Shown here piece after piece: positions 47,036-57,077 of a stretch of DNA of 64,000 bases. Positions within the stretch are counted from its first letter, which is position 1. Every line of letters starts with the position of its first letter. Origin of the DNA: Candidatus Bathyarchaeota archaeon (GTDB taxonomy: Archaea > Thermoproteota > Bathyarchaeia > TCS64); NCBI GenBank assembly GCA_043826455.1, contig JBDRQD010000006.1, positions 29,049 to 93,048 of the forward strand, in the 5' to 3' direction. The notes under the pieces were generated by a model, which was not told the DNA's origin, did not search any database, and saw nothing but the letters and a program-made list of their open reading frames with translations. Made by a program: the position numbers and the translations under genes.

Positions 47036-48535
47036 TCAGCGCCTCCTGAGTCTTGGGTTCAGTATCTCGTCGAGAGAGAAGCCCATCATGACGAAGCTGA
47101 CTGCTAATAGGGAGATGCAGAGCCCGGGGGGAATGACCCAGTACAGCTCCTTTATGGCGGCATAGTACACTATGTCGTGCAGCATCTGACCCCAGCTCAT
47201 GATGCTGGGATCGCCTAGGCCCAAGAAACTCAGGGCCGCCTCGGCGGTTATGGCTGCAGGAACACTTGTGGCCAGGCTCACATATACGAGGCCCATGACG
47301 TTGGGTAGGATGTGCCTGATAGTAATGTGTGTGGTGGAGCCGCCTGCGGCGCGGGCGGCTTCAATGAACGCCCTCTCTTTCAGGCTGAGGACCTGGCTTC
47401 TTACGGTTCGGCTGAATCCCATCCAACCAAGCAGGCTGATGACCAGTATTATGTTGATGATGCTCTGACCCAGAATGGCGATGAGGATGAGGAGCAGGGG
47501 AAGGAACGGGATCACTAAGAGCATGTCTGCGAAGCGCATCGACACCTCGTCCACTAACCCACCTGTGAAGCCTGCGAAGAGACCAACCACTAATCCGAGG
47601 CTCACAGAGATGAACGCGGACAGCATACCCACGAAGAGAGATATCTTCGCGCCGTGGGCCAGCTGACTGTACACGTCTCGGCCCCACTGGTCAGTGCCCA
47701 GAAAGCCGTAGCATGTGCCCATCAGCTTGATGTCAAGGTCATCGACGTAGATCCGGGTGGCTGCTGTCGAGTCTGGGTTGATGTTTTCGAAGGATGCCTC
47801 AAAGAAGTATTTGTATTCACCTGGCTCATGGAATATCTTGAGAGCTGGGTCAGCGAACACTCCCTCAGGGAAGATCATCTTCACCTTAATCGAGTACGAG
47901 TCCACCTTGTACTCGGGTTTTGTCCAATCAACGTCCCTATTGACGGCTCTCTGCCATAGGACGTACTCTTCACCTTTTGTGTCAGCCAAGACGAGTCTGA
48001 TGTTTATACTTGTACCCTCAACCCCCTCGGCCTTGAAACTCAAATCACCTGTAAACCTCTTGGGGGAAGAGGAATACTCCCAAGAGAAGGCCTTGGAGAC
48101 TATGATGTCTGCGGAGGGCTCTCCGTCAACTTTATTCAAACTGATGAGGATTGAGCCGGGTCCACTTCCCCCCGCATGGCCCTCCATGGAGTGCGTGACG
48201 GTGAAACTGCTCTCGGAGCTTGCCTCTATGTCCCAATCTTTCAGTTTCTCGGAGTCCCCAAAGCCAACATCAGTTACAGGGTTCAAGTTGGGCACCAGGT
48301 GTTCAAAACCGGGTAGATGCCTGAACCAGGCGGGGGGAACCCTCCTTCCCCCCACATCCCAGTCATTCACAGGATGGTTTTCAGTTAACATCGGGCCGAT
48401 GAAGGCGAAAAGGAAGAAAAAGAAGATCAAACCTATGCCGAGCAGTCCCTTTTTGTTCTGTCTATAAACTCCCCAGAACCCTTTCGCCTGGTTCAGCAAG
48501 AGGTTGAATCTTTTGCGGCGGGTTGACAACGTCAT
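47036..48535 (-). CDS. Oligopeptide ABC permease (OppC) with large extracellular insert
   Basis: LGTDQWGRD, EAARAAGG, HILPN, LSFLGLG, LNPRLR. Confidence 0.93.
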   Translation of the reverse strand: MTLSTRRKRFNLLLNQAKGFWGVYRQNKKGLLGIGLIFFFFLFAFIGPMLTENHPVNDWDVGGRRVPPAWFRHLPGFEHLVPNLNPVTDVGFGDSEKLKDWDIEASSESSFTVTHSMEGHAGGSGPGSILISLNKVDGEPSADIIVSKAFSWEYSSSPKRFTGDLSFKAEGVEGTSINIRLVLADTKGEEYVLWQRAVNRDVDWTKPEYKVDSYSIKVKMIFPEGVFADPALKIFHEPGEYKYFFEASFENINPDSTAATRIYVDDLDIKLMGTCYGFLGTDQWGRDVYSQLAHGAKISLFVGMLSAFISVSLGLVVGLFAGFTGGLVDEVSMRFADMLLVIPFLPLLLILIAILGQSIINIILVISLLGWMGFSRTVRSQVLSLKERAFIEAARAAGGSTTHITIRHILPNVMGLVYVSLATSVPAAITAEAALSFLGLGDPSIMSWGQMLHDIVYYAAIKELYWVIPPGLCISLLAVSFVMMGFSLDEILNPRLRRR

Positions 48536-48546
48536 GTTTATTCCCC

Positions 48547-49515
48547 TCAATATTTTATCCTCGGGTCGATGTACCCGTAGATGATGTCTACGATGAAGTT
48601 GCAGACTACGGTGACCAATGCGAAGATGTAGAACAATGCTTGAAGCACCGGGTAGTCGGTGAACTGGATGGCGTTCCAGGTGTAAAGCCCTAAACCTCTC
48701 CAGGAGAACACGGTTTCCGTCAATATCGCGCCGTTCAGGAGACTGGGTATCTGAAGCGCGACGTTGGTCACCAGGGGAAGCATAGCGTTACGGAATGCGT
48801 GCTTGAAGAGCACGCCTCTCTCGGTCACCCCTTTCGCTCTAGCAGTCGTGATGTAATCCTCGTGAAGGGTCTCAAGCAATGTGCTTCTCATCATCAGCAG
48901 CCAGTACCCGTACTGGAACAGGAACAGGGTGAGTGCGGGGAGAAAGAGGTGCCATGCAATGTCAAAAGCTTTCACTATGGGGTCTAATGGTGGCGGTCTT
49001 GACATCGTCCCTGCTAGTGGAAAGAGGCCGAAAACATATCCTCCGATATAAATCATGAGTAGTCCCATCCAGAAGGTGGGTAGAGCGTAGCTGAAAAGTG
49101 AGATTGTGACCGAGGTTAAATCGAATAGACTCCCACGCTTGTATGCTGCGTAGATTCCGAAGACTGTTCCGAAGATGATGGCGAAAAAGAGGGATACACC
49201 CATCAGGACAAGGGTGTTGGGGAGCCTTTCAACGATCTCTCTAGACACTGGCTCTAATGAGTAGTAGGAGTACCCAAAGTCCCAGGTAAGGGTGGATTTG
49301 ATGTAGCGGATGTATTGAACATGCAGTGGCTCCTGTAACCCCCAAAGCTCTATGAGACGCTCAACCATCTCGGGTTCGAGCCTGGACCCACTGGCCACCA
49401 CCTGGATTGGGTTACCCGGAGCCATTCTAAAGATAACGAAGTTAAGAGAGAGCGCGAAGAACAGAAGAATGAAGCTGTAGAGTACCCTCTTTAATATGAA
49501 TGTCTTCAGAGTCAT
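48547..49515 (-). CDS. Oligopeptide ABC permease (OppB)
   Basis: PGNP, DYITTARAKG, HAFRNA, ETVFSW.GLG, DYP, DPRI. Confidence 0.95.
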   Translation of the reverse strand: MTLKTFILKRVLYSFILLFFALSLNFVIFRMAPGNPIQVVASGSRLEPEMVERLIELWGLQEPLHVQYIRYIKSTLTWDFGYSYYSLEPVSREIVERLPNTLVLMGVSLFFAIIFGTVFGIYAAYKRGSLFDLTSVTISLFSYALPTFWMGLLMIYIGGYVFGLFPLAGTMSRPPPLDPIVKAFDIAWHLFLPALTLFLFQYGYWLLMMRSTLLETLHEDYITTARAKGVTERGVLFKHAFRNAMLPLVTNVALQIPSLLNGAILTETVFSWRGLGLYTWNAIQFTDYPVLQALFYIFALVTVVCNFIVDIIYGYIDPRIKY

Positions 49516-49602
49516 CTACTTTCCATCTAGAATTTAATGCATACCCTTTAAAAGTTGGTGATGTCGGTGCAAGAATATTTAAAAAAAGGGAGAAGATTTT
49601 GT

Positions 49603-51531
49603 TTATTGTTCGCGTCTCGACATGTATATTGCGACTACGCCTACCAGTATGGCGATTGCTATGGAGGCGTATCCAATTGTCGAAGCGCTGCTCAGTCCTG
49701 CTTCCAGGGATGAGATCTTGGACTCCAGAGACGACAATTTAACATTGAGGCTGGCTATGTCTCGAGCCGACGCCTCGCTGGCGGTGGCTGTCTTGGCCAA
49801 CAGTTCCTCAAGGCTAGCTATCTCCTTAGCCTGCTTGGCTATGGTGGGGTCTTTGAAGTAGTCCTCGTTCGCCACAAGGTGGACGTATTCGCCTGGGACG
49901 TACTCCACAAACTTCCAAGGTCCAAGACCGATCAGTGTCCCTTCTTTCACTGGGTCGTAGTCCTGCCAATTGGCGCCTACGTCCTCCCAGATGTGTTTGG
50001 GGAGTACGGGTACGCTATTGATGTAGTGGAACGCGAAATAGCTGGTTGTGTTCTGGTACACTTCAAGTGTGTAGTCGTCGACAAGTACCAGTTTCTCGAT
50101 GAATTGTACACTGGGCAGGTATCTTGGTACGCCGTATTCACGTATGTACTCGTAGGTGAATTTCAGGTCCTCAGCAGTGAAGGGTACGCCGTCGTGCCAC
50201 TTCGCGTTCTTGACGAAGTGGAAGGTCACCTTGACGCCGTCGACGCTAGTGGGGCTAGTCCAGTCATCGATCTCCCAGGACTCGGCCAGCCAGCCCCAGT
50301 CTTCACTGATATCGTACGGGTTGTATGTGTACGGACTTTCATAGATCTTATCCAGGACCTCCCACGTGTAGGTCCATGCAGCGGTCAGTGGGTTGAGGGT
50401 CTCTATGTCAGATTTTATGCCGTATTCGATTCTTCCGCCGTAGCTTTCAGCCGCGGGGTGCATGTTGAAGCAGCTCCACCAGCTGTTGATGCCTGTCCCG
50501 ATCATGTTTACAACTCCGGTCCAGTCAGCCCTGTAAGCCTTGACGCCGATGTGCCCGTACATGGGTATGCCGGGTACTTGTTCAGCCAGTATCACCTGCA
50601 TTGCGAACGCAGCTTCCTTCACCTCTTCGAAGGTGCTGGCCGTCTTCAGTATGTCCCCCCATGCGTCGTATGTGCTGTTGACGAAGCCCGGATAGTTGTA
50701 GCCACGCCACCCGCCTACGCAGTCAGGGTCGAACTCCTTGCTGTGGTAGAAGTCTGTGAGGTGATCAGGGTCTCTTGTGATGCCCCATCCACCCGTGTAG
50801 ACGTTCCACGCTCCTTCAGGGGTGTTCATGACCGCATTTGCGCAGACGGCCCTCTCAACGGCTGTTGCCCCGGACACTGGAACGCCTAGGGCTATTAACT
50901 CCTGGGCGAGCCATTCACCAGCCTGCTTCCGCTCCGGGTCATCGATGCGTATGTAGAAGAGCACCTCTGCCATGTTTTCGCCAGTTACAGGGTCGTTCCG
51001 TATGCCGTCACCATCGGCGTCCTTGAATCCGCCTTTGTCTAACTCGGCTGCCGCCTTCACGGAGCTGTACTCGTATGTCCTGATGTTTGGGTTAGCCCAG
51101 CCACCCAGTACGACCGGTACGGGGCTGTCCAGAGCGTATCCAAAGCCTTGCAGAACGTCAGTCTCAATCCGAGCCTTGTCAACAAGGTGGGCGAGCGCCC
51201 TCCTGAAGTGGACGTTGCTCGTTGGCCAGCGTTGGCAGTTAATGTCTATCAAATAGTATCCGAGGTCTGCGGTGCTAGCGGTTTCGATGTTGGGGTCAGC
51301 TAGTGCGTCTGCAACCTTCTCGGCGGGGAGCTCCCAGTCCATGAGGTTGATCTCACCTGTCTTCAAGGCTAGGTACTCTGCCTCAGGGTTCAGGTAGATC
51401 TTAAAGAACAAATCGTCCGCCCAGGGGCCCGTCTTCACCACCTTGTCTTCAGCGAAGACAGGTATGCTTGGTAGGGAAAGAGACATCAGTAGTATGATTA
51501 CTAAGAATTTCACTAATTTAGTTGGTTTCAA
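49603..51531 (-). CDS. Family 5 solute-binding protein (OppA) with C-terminal coiled coil and TM anchor
   Basis: Signal peptide; FRRALAHLVD, KWHDGVPFTAED, GLGPW; hydrophobic C-terminus. Confidence 0.92.
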   Translation of the reverse strand: MKPTKLVKFLVIILLMSLSLPSIPVFAEDKVVKTGPWADDLFFKIYLNPEAEYLALKTGEINLMDWELPAEKVADALADPNIETASTADLGYYLIDINCQRWPTSNVHFRRALAHLVDKARIETDVLQGFGYALDSPVPVVLGGWANPNIRTYEYSSVKAAAELDKGGFKDADGDGIRNDPVTGENMAEVLFYIRIDDPERKQAGEWLAQELIALGVPVSGATAVERAVCANAVMNTPEGAWNVYTGGWGITRDPDHLTDFYHSKEFDPDCVGGWRGYNYPGFVNSTYDAWGDILKTASTFEEVKEAAFAMQVILAEQVPGIPMYGHIGVKAYRADWTGVVNMIGTGINSWWSCFNMHPAAESYGGRIEYGIKSDIETLNPLTAAWTYTWEVLDKIYESPYTYNPYDISEDWGWLAESWEIDDWTSPTSVDGVKVTFHFVKNAKWHDGVPFTAEDLKFTYEYIREYGVPRYLPSVQFIEKLVLVDDYTLEVYQNTTSYFAFHYINSVPVLPKHIWEDVGANWQDYDPVKEGTLIGLGPWKFVEYVPGEYVHLVANEDYFKDPTIAKQAKEIASLEELLAKTATASEASARDIASLNVKLSSLESKISSLEAGLSSASTIGYASIAIAILVGVVAIYMSRREQ

Positions 51532-51869
51532 TGTATATCAGATACAAAATGGACGGAGAACTATAAAAAATGTATATACCCATGCCTTAAAATTGAAGGT
51601 GAAAATGATTGTAGGAATATTCACATGTTGTTATCTAAATGGTTAGCTAAGTAGTTACTCAACATTAATGAATAATCAAATTCACAGGCGCAAAGGAATT
51701 CATGGTTCGGAGGAACTGGAACACGCTCCAGGGCTCGCAATCAGTTTATATACCGGTGCCAGTGGGGGCGAGGTTTCAGCCCGCACGGATAGAAAGACTT
51801 TAAATGCTTAGCCTCGTTACAGTCGTAGAATCCAAGGAAAACTTGGCATCAATCTTAACAGTGAAGACT

Positions 51870-52691
51870 ATGAGCGACGAAAAGAAACCTGAGGTCCTCG
51901 AAGAGAAAGAGGAGAAGGTCGAGGAGCAGGAAGTGGAGGCCCCTGAGGAGGCTCCAGTGGAAGAGGAGACGGCCGAGGAGCCCGAGGAGGAGGTCCACTA
52001 CGAGAACGCCGTCAACAAGGGAGACTTCATAAAGCTGGAGATGACCGGCACGGCCGAGGAGACCGGCGAGGTCTTCGAGACCACCAGCGAGGAGCTGGCC
52101 CGGGAGAGCGGCATACACAGCGAGGAACGGGTCTACGGGCCCAGGCTCGTCATCGTGGGGGACGGCTTCGTCCTCCGCGGCCTGGACAGCAGGCTACCTG
52201 GGACGCCCTTCGACGAGGAGAAGGAGATACAGGTCCCCGCCGAGGAGGCCTTCGGCGAACGGAACCCAGCCAACGTGCAGATGATCGCCTACAGGGTGCT
52301 CAGGAGCAAGGGAGTGACCCCCGCGTTGGGGGCGGAGCTGGAGATCGACGGCAGGCCGGCCATCATCAGGAGCGTGGGCGCGGGCCGCGTGCAGGTGGAC
52401 TACAACCACCCCCTGGCGGGCCGCAACATAATCTACAAGGTGAAGGTCGCGGAGCACATCACCCACGAAAAGAATAAGATGGAGGCCCTCATAGGCCGCA
52501 GGTTCCTGGGCATCGAGCCAAGCGAGTTCGAGGTCAAGAAGACCAAGAAGAAGCTGAGGATCGGCGTACCCGACAAGATATTCTTCGGGGAGAACATCCA
52601 GATAGCCAAGCGGGGCGTAGCCCTGGACATCCTCAAGTACTTCCCTGACCTGGAAGAAGTCGAGTACTACGAGACCATCAAACGATCCTAG
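51870..52691 (+). CDS. Long-type FKBP peptidyl-prolyl isomerase
   Basis: GEVFETT, EEAFGER, VQVDYNHPLAG; acidic N-terminal extension. Confidence 0.92.
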   Translation: MSDEKKPEVLEEKEEKVEEQEVEAPEEAPVEEETAEEPEEEVHYENAVNKGDFIKLEMTGTAEETGEVFETTSEELARESGIHSEERVYGPRLVIVGDGFVLRGLDSRLPGTPFDEEKEIQVPAEEAFGERNPANVQMIAYRVLRSKGVTPALGAELEIDGRPAIIRSVGAGRVQVDYNHPLAGRNIIYKVKVAEHITHEKNKMEALIGRRFLGIEPSEFEVKKTKKKLRIGVPDKIFFGENIQIAKRGVALDILKYFPDLEEVEYYETIKRS

Positions 52692-52702
52692 GGGTTAATC
52701 CC

Positions 52703-53884
52703 TTGAGGCCCGAGGCAGCCGTGGTGGGCGCAGGCCCCGCCGGACTCCTCGCGGCCACACGTATCGCTGAACACGGTTTCAGCGTCCAGGTTTTTGAGGA
52801 GCATCAGACCATAGGTGAGCCCAGCCACTGCGCCGGACTCATCAGCGTCGAAGGCCTGGGGCGGCTGGGCCTACGCCCAGACCCGTCGTTCCACCAGAAC
52901 ACCGTGTACGGTGGTAGGATATACGCCCCCAACGGCGAGTGCATCGAGGTGGTTGACAGCAGACCCAGGGCGTACGTGGTGGATCGAGCCGCCTTCGACA
53001 GGCACCTGGCTGAGAGGGCCGCGGACAAGGGGGCAGAGCTCATCCTTGGCCAGAGAGTGGAGGCCCTGAAACTTGGGGAAGCTGCCTCGCTGCGGCTGGG
53101 GGTTCACACAGTTGACCCGGGAGTCGTAGTCGATGCCGAGGGGCCAGGGGCCAGGCTTCTACAGGCAGCGGGACACAGCACTGGGCAGAGGGGCATCATT
53201 AGCGGCTTCAACGTGGAGCTTGAGGGAGTTGAGCTCGACAGGGGCATCGTTGAGCTGTGGTTCGGGAAGCGCCTGGCGCAGGGGTTCTTCGTCTGGGTCA
53301 TACCGACAGGCGACGGCTCAGCCAGATGCGGCCTCGCCTTGAGAAGCGGCGGGCTGGAGGCCCTCAAGGGCTTCGTTGAGAGGCGCTTCGGCTTTGGGCC
53401 GCCCCTAAAGATCAAGGCTGGCAGGGTGTGCACAGGGGGACCCGTCAAGCGCACAGTGTACGGTAAGCTACTTCTCGTCGGGGACGCGGCGGGCCAGGTG
53501 AAGCCCACCACGGGGGGAGGCATCGTATTGGGCGGCCTCTGCGCCGGGGTGGCCGGGGACGTGGCATCGGAGTACATCAGCGGGGAGGCGCGGGACCTGG
53601 CCCAATACGAGAAGAGGTGGAGGAAAGAGTACGGGTTCGAGCTGAGGGCGATGCTTGCCCTGCGGCGGCTCTTGAACAAGCTGAGCGACGAGCGGCTCAA
53701 CAGGGCCTTGGAGGCCTTCAGTGAGGAGGACCTCCAGTCCAAGGCTCAGCGTCTTCTGGAGACGGGAGACATGGACATGCAGTCTGGGGTAATCAGGGAG
53801 GCCTTGACCGACCCAGCCATACTCGGCGCCCTGGCGCGGAGCCTCGGGCGCTTGGCCCTCGGTGAGGTCCTCTCCCTTCTCTAG
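52703..53884 (+). CDS. Geranylgeranyl reductase family flavoprotein
   Basis: GAGPAG, HCAG, DRAAFD, WVIP, VGDAAGQVKPTTGGGI. Confidence 0.9.
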   Translation: MRPEAAVVGAGPAGLLAATRIAEHGFSVQVFEEHQTIGEPSHCAGLISVEGLGRLGLRPDPSFHQNTVYGGRIYAPNGECIEVVDSRPRAYVVDRAAFDRHLAERAADKGAELILGQRVEALKLGEAASLRLGVHTVDPGVVVDAEGPGARLLQAAGHSTGQRGIISGFNVELEGVELDRGIVELWFGKRLAQGFFVWVIPTGDGSARCGLALRSGGLEALKGFVERRFGFGPPLKIKAGRVCTGGPVKRTVYGKLLLVGDAAGQVKPTTGGGIVLGGLCAGVAGDVASEYISGEARDLAQYEKRWRKEYGFELRAMLALRRLLNKLSDERLNRALEAFSEEDLQSKAQRLLETGDMDMQSGVIREALTDPAILGALARSLGRLALGEVLSLL

Positions 53885-53924
53885 CCCAGAAAATTTACTA
53901 TACTCATTGCGCTAAGCATCCACC

Positions 53925-54776
53925 ATGACCTGGTTCGGCTCAGACGACCTCAAGTACGAGGTGGTGGAGGGCTGGGGGAGGCTCCCCCAGGGGTGGAGAT
54001 TCGGACACGTAATAGGCGTAGCCGTAGACCGCCACGACAGAGTCCACGTGTTCCACAGAGGCGAGCACCCCGTAGTCGTCTTCGACGCTGAGGGCGGCCT
54101 CCTGGGCCACTGGGGCGACGGCGTCTTCGCGACGCCCCACGGCATCCACATCCAAGGCGAGAACGTGTACTGCACCGACAGCGCCGACCACACGGTGAGG
54201 AAGTTCACACTGGAGGGAGGGCTCCTTAGGACCTGGGGGACCCCCGGGGTGAGCGGATACTACGGCGAGCCTTTCTACAGACCCACCGACGTGACCTTGG
54301 CGCCCAACGGAGACATGTACGTCGCAGACGGGTACGGCAACTCCAGGGTCCACAGGTACAACGAGGCCGGAGAACACGTGCAGACCTGGGGCGAGTTCGG
54401 CCGAGGCGCAGGGGAGTTCGACATACCCCACGACGTGTGGGTGCACAGGGACGGCAGGGTCATGGTGGCCGACAGGGAGAACAACAGGATACAGTTCTTC
54501 TCTCCCGATGGCGAGTACCTGGACCAGTGGACGGGGCTCCTGCGGCCCTGCAGCGTCTACGTAGATGGGGACGACATGGTCTACGTGGCTGAGCTGAGGT
54601 CCAGGGTGAGCGTCCTGAACATGGACGGCGAGGTCGTCGCCAGGTGGGGCGGTGAGCCCAGCGGCAAGCCCGGGCTGTTCATAGCTCCCCACTGCGCATG
54701 GACCGACTCCAGCGGCGACCTCTACGTGGGCGAGACCCTGCAGGGAAGCAGGATACAGAAGTTCAGGAGACATTAG
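53925..54776 (+). CDS. NHL-repeat beta-propeller (PAL-like)
   Basis: Repeated PHG/PTD/PHD...YVADG/ADREN motifs. Confidence 0.88.
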   Translation: MTWFGSDDLKYEVVEGWGRLPQGWRFGHVIGVAVDRHDRVHVFHRGEHPVVVFDAEGGLLGHWGDGVFATPHGIHIQGENVYCTDSADHTVRKFTLEGGLLRTWGTPGVSGYYGEPFYRPTDVTLAPNGDMYVADGYGNSRVHRYNEAGEHVQTWGEFGRGAGEFDIPHDVWVHRDGRVMVADRENNRIQFFSPDGEYLDQWTGLLRPCSVYVDGDDMVYVAELRSRVSVLNMDGEVVARWGGEPSGKPGLFIAPHCAWTDSSGDLYVGETLQGSRIQKFRRH

Positions 54777-54789
54777 CATCACCCCGGCC

Positions 54790-54987
54790 ATGGGCGCCAG
54801 CGAGGATACGGGCCTGCACCCCAGAATCGCTGAGAGGTACAAGGGCTTCGACATCTGGTACGACCCCGTCAGAGGCATCTACTACGCGTCCCACTGCGAG
54901 CACACAAAGAGGACGGGGAGCCTAGCCGAGCTCAAACGGTGGCTGGAGGCCGAGAAGAGAAGCGGCGACCCCTATCCTGTTAAATAA
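54790..54987 (+). CDS. Small hypothetical protein
   Basis: 65-aa ORF co-oriented between two genes, with typical codon usage. Confidence 0.45.
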   Translation: MGASEDTGLHPRIAERYKGFDIWYDPVRGIYYASHCEHTKRTGSLAELKRWLEAEKRSGDPYPVK

Positions 54988-55016
54988 GCCTTGAAGCACA
55001 GTCTTACACGGTTTCT

Positions 55017-56270
55017 ATGGGTCGCAACAAGAAGTACGACGGCTACAAGGCATACAAGTACCTTGAGCCTGGCCGCGATTACCGGGAGTTCAAGCTCCGG
55101 AAGGCAGTCATCGACGAGTGGTGGGAGCCCGTCCCCCTAGGCAAGGCCGAGGAGGAGAGGTTTGAGGAGGTCATGGGGAAGAACGTGGTCATGGACCTCC
55201 ACGCCCACCCCGACATAAGCCCCCTGGACCCCAACCAGAACAGGGACTTTGACAGGGAGGGACGCAACTTCCTGGCCTACGAGGCTCTGGCCATGAGTGG
55301 CCTGGACTGCGTCTTCGATAACATGATGGATGGCAGCAGCTTCATCAACACCAAGCATGGGTGGGACTGGAACAGCTCCATCCATGACCTGGGGATGAGG
55401 CTCTGCGACATAGGCCACCAGGACTTCCTAGTCCACTGCAGGAGGGCTGAGGACATAGAGCACGCCCACAAGGAGGGAAAGCTGGCGTGGGTGGCCGTCC
55501 TGGAGTCGGCGTCCTGCATAGAGAACGAGGTAGACCGCCTGGACATCCTCTACGGTCTGGGCGTCCGAAGCATAGGTGTCAACTACAGCGAGTCCAACAT
55601 GCTGGGCAGCGGCCTCAAGGAACACCTGGACGGGGGCCTGACGGACTTCGGGTACGACGCCCTGGTCAGGATGAACAAGCTGGGGTTGCTGGTGGACGTA
55701 AGCCACACCAGTGATAAAACTGCCCTGGAGGTCATAGAGTTCAGCAGGGACCCTATAATCATCAGCCACGCGGGGGCCCGGGCGCTGACCCCCACCACAA
55801 GGATGTTCCCCGACGAGGTCATCCAGGCCCTGGGTGAGCGGGGCGGCGTCATGGCCATCGAGGCTGCGCCTAACCTTACAGCCACGGAGAAGCACCCCTT
55901 CCACAGCATAGAGAGCTACATGGAGCACGTGGAGTACTGCATAGACCTCATCGGCATCGACTACGTGGGCTGCGGACCCGACACCAACTACGGGGACCAC
56001 GTGGGCCTGTACCTCACCAACCTGGAGAACAGCGGCAGGCTGGGCCTGGGCCACTACAGCCGGCCCGGCAAGGGCGGAGAGAAGAAGTACCTGGGCATCG
56101 ACATGAACGTGGAGCAGTTGAAGGAGCTCAAGTACGTGAGGGGCATGGAGAACCCCAGCGAGTGCCTCCAGAACGTGTGCAGGTGGATGATCAAGCACGG
56201 GTACAGTGACCAGGAGATAAGTAAGGTCGTCGGCGGAAACGGCTTGAAGCTGGTGAAGAAAGTCTGGTAG
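55017..56270 (+). CDS. M19 membrane dipeptidase family
   Basis: DLHAH, GLTDFG...MNKLGLLVDVSH, ISHAG, GPD, GGN. Confidence 0.9.
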   Translation: MGRNKKYDGYKAYKYLEPGRDYREFKLRKAVIDEWWEPVPLGKAEEERFEEVMGKNVVMDLHAHPDISPLDPNQNRDFDREGRNFLAYEALAMSGLDCVFDNMMDGSSFINTKHGWDWNSSIHDLGMRLCDIGHQDFLVHCRRAEDIEHAHKEGKLAWVAVLESASCIENEVDRLDILYGLGVRSIGVNYSESNMLGSGLKEHLDGGLTDFGYDALVRMNKLGLLVDVSHTSDKTALEVIEFSRDPIIISHAGARALTPTTRMFPDEVIQALGERGGVMAIEAAPNLTATEKHPFHSIESYMEHVEYCIDLIGIDYVGCGPDTNYGDHVGLYLTNLENSGRLGLGHYSRPGKGGEKKYLGIDMNVEQLKELKYVRGMENPSECLQNVCRWMIKHGYSDQEISKVVGGNGLKLVKKVW

Positions 56271-56311
56271 CACGGCACCAGGCCAACAACCCCCCTTTTT
56301 ATGCGCTGAAG

Positions 56312-57004
56312 CTATGACTCGAAAAGCCTACCGTATCCCTTGGGAGCCTCCAGGCCGGCCCCGTTCAGGGAGGCCCAGAGGCCGGCCTGGTTACTGGTAA
56401 CCACCGGCAGCCCCCACTGGGACTCCATCCTCTCTATGAGGTGGACCACGGGAAGACTCGTGCAGCTGAAGAGGAGGACCTGGGCGTCCCGGGCCGCCTG
56501 CTCACCCAGCTCCAGGATGGTCTCGTCCTTAGCATTAGCTATCTTGTAGGCATCGTATAGGCCGAGACCATTTATGGAGGAGACCTTCAACCCGTGGGCC
56601 TCCAGGTACCGTTTCTCAAGCCTGTTGAGGGCGTTCGAGTAGGGAGTGACCACACCCACCACCCCGCAGCCCAGGGCCCTTATGGCCTCGACGACGGCCT
56701 GGTTGACGGTGACCACCTTAGCCCCAGTGTTGAAGTGTATCTGATCCATGAGGATCTGCTCCCAGTCCACGCCCCCAACGAGGGAGCACGTGGAGCACCC
56801 ATACACTATGACGTCGACGTGAGCCGAGGAGAGAAGCTCGGCCTCCCTCTGCACGTCGCCCATCATCTTCATGAGGGCGTCGTGGGTGAACTCTGTGAGC
56901 CTCATCCTGGCCGAGTGTATGGACACGCCCTGGGGAGCCATCCTGTAGAACTCTGGCTCCATGGTGATGTTGCTCGAAGGCACCAAGAGCCCTACGCGAT
57001 ACAT
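56312..57004 (-). CDS. Maleate cis-trans isomerase / Asp-Glu racemase family
   Basis: GLLVPSSN, VYGCS, VTPY, FSCTS, PVVTSNQA; start at ATG 57004. Confidence 0.88.
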   Translation of the reverse strand: MYRVGLLVPSSNITMEPEFYRMAPQGVSIHSARMRLTEFTHDALMKMMGDVQREAELLSSAHVDVIVYGCSTCSLVGGVDWEQILMDQIHFNTGAKVVTVNQAVVEAIRALGCGVVGVVTPYSNALNRLEKRYLEAHGLKVSSINGLGLYDAYKIANAKDETILELGEQAARDAQVLLFSCTSLPVVHLIERMESQWGLPVVTSNQAGLWASLNGAGLEAPKGYGRLFES

Positions 57005-57077
57005 CCAATAACATCGTTCAAAGTTGGATATATAGTAACCTGAGCCCACATGTGCAACACGTATAAGCTGAGGGACC

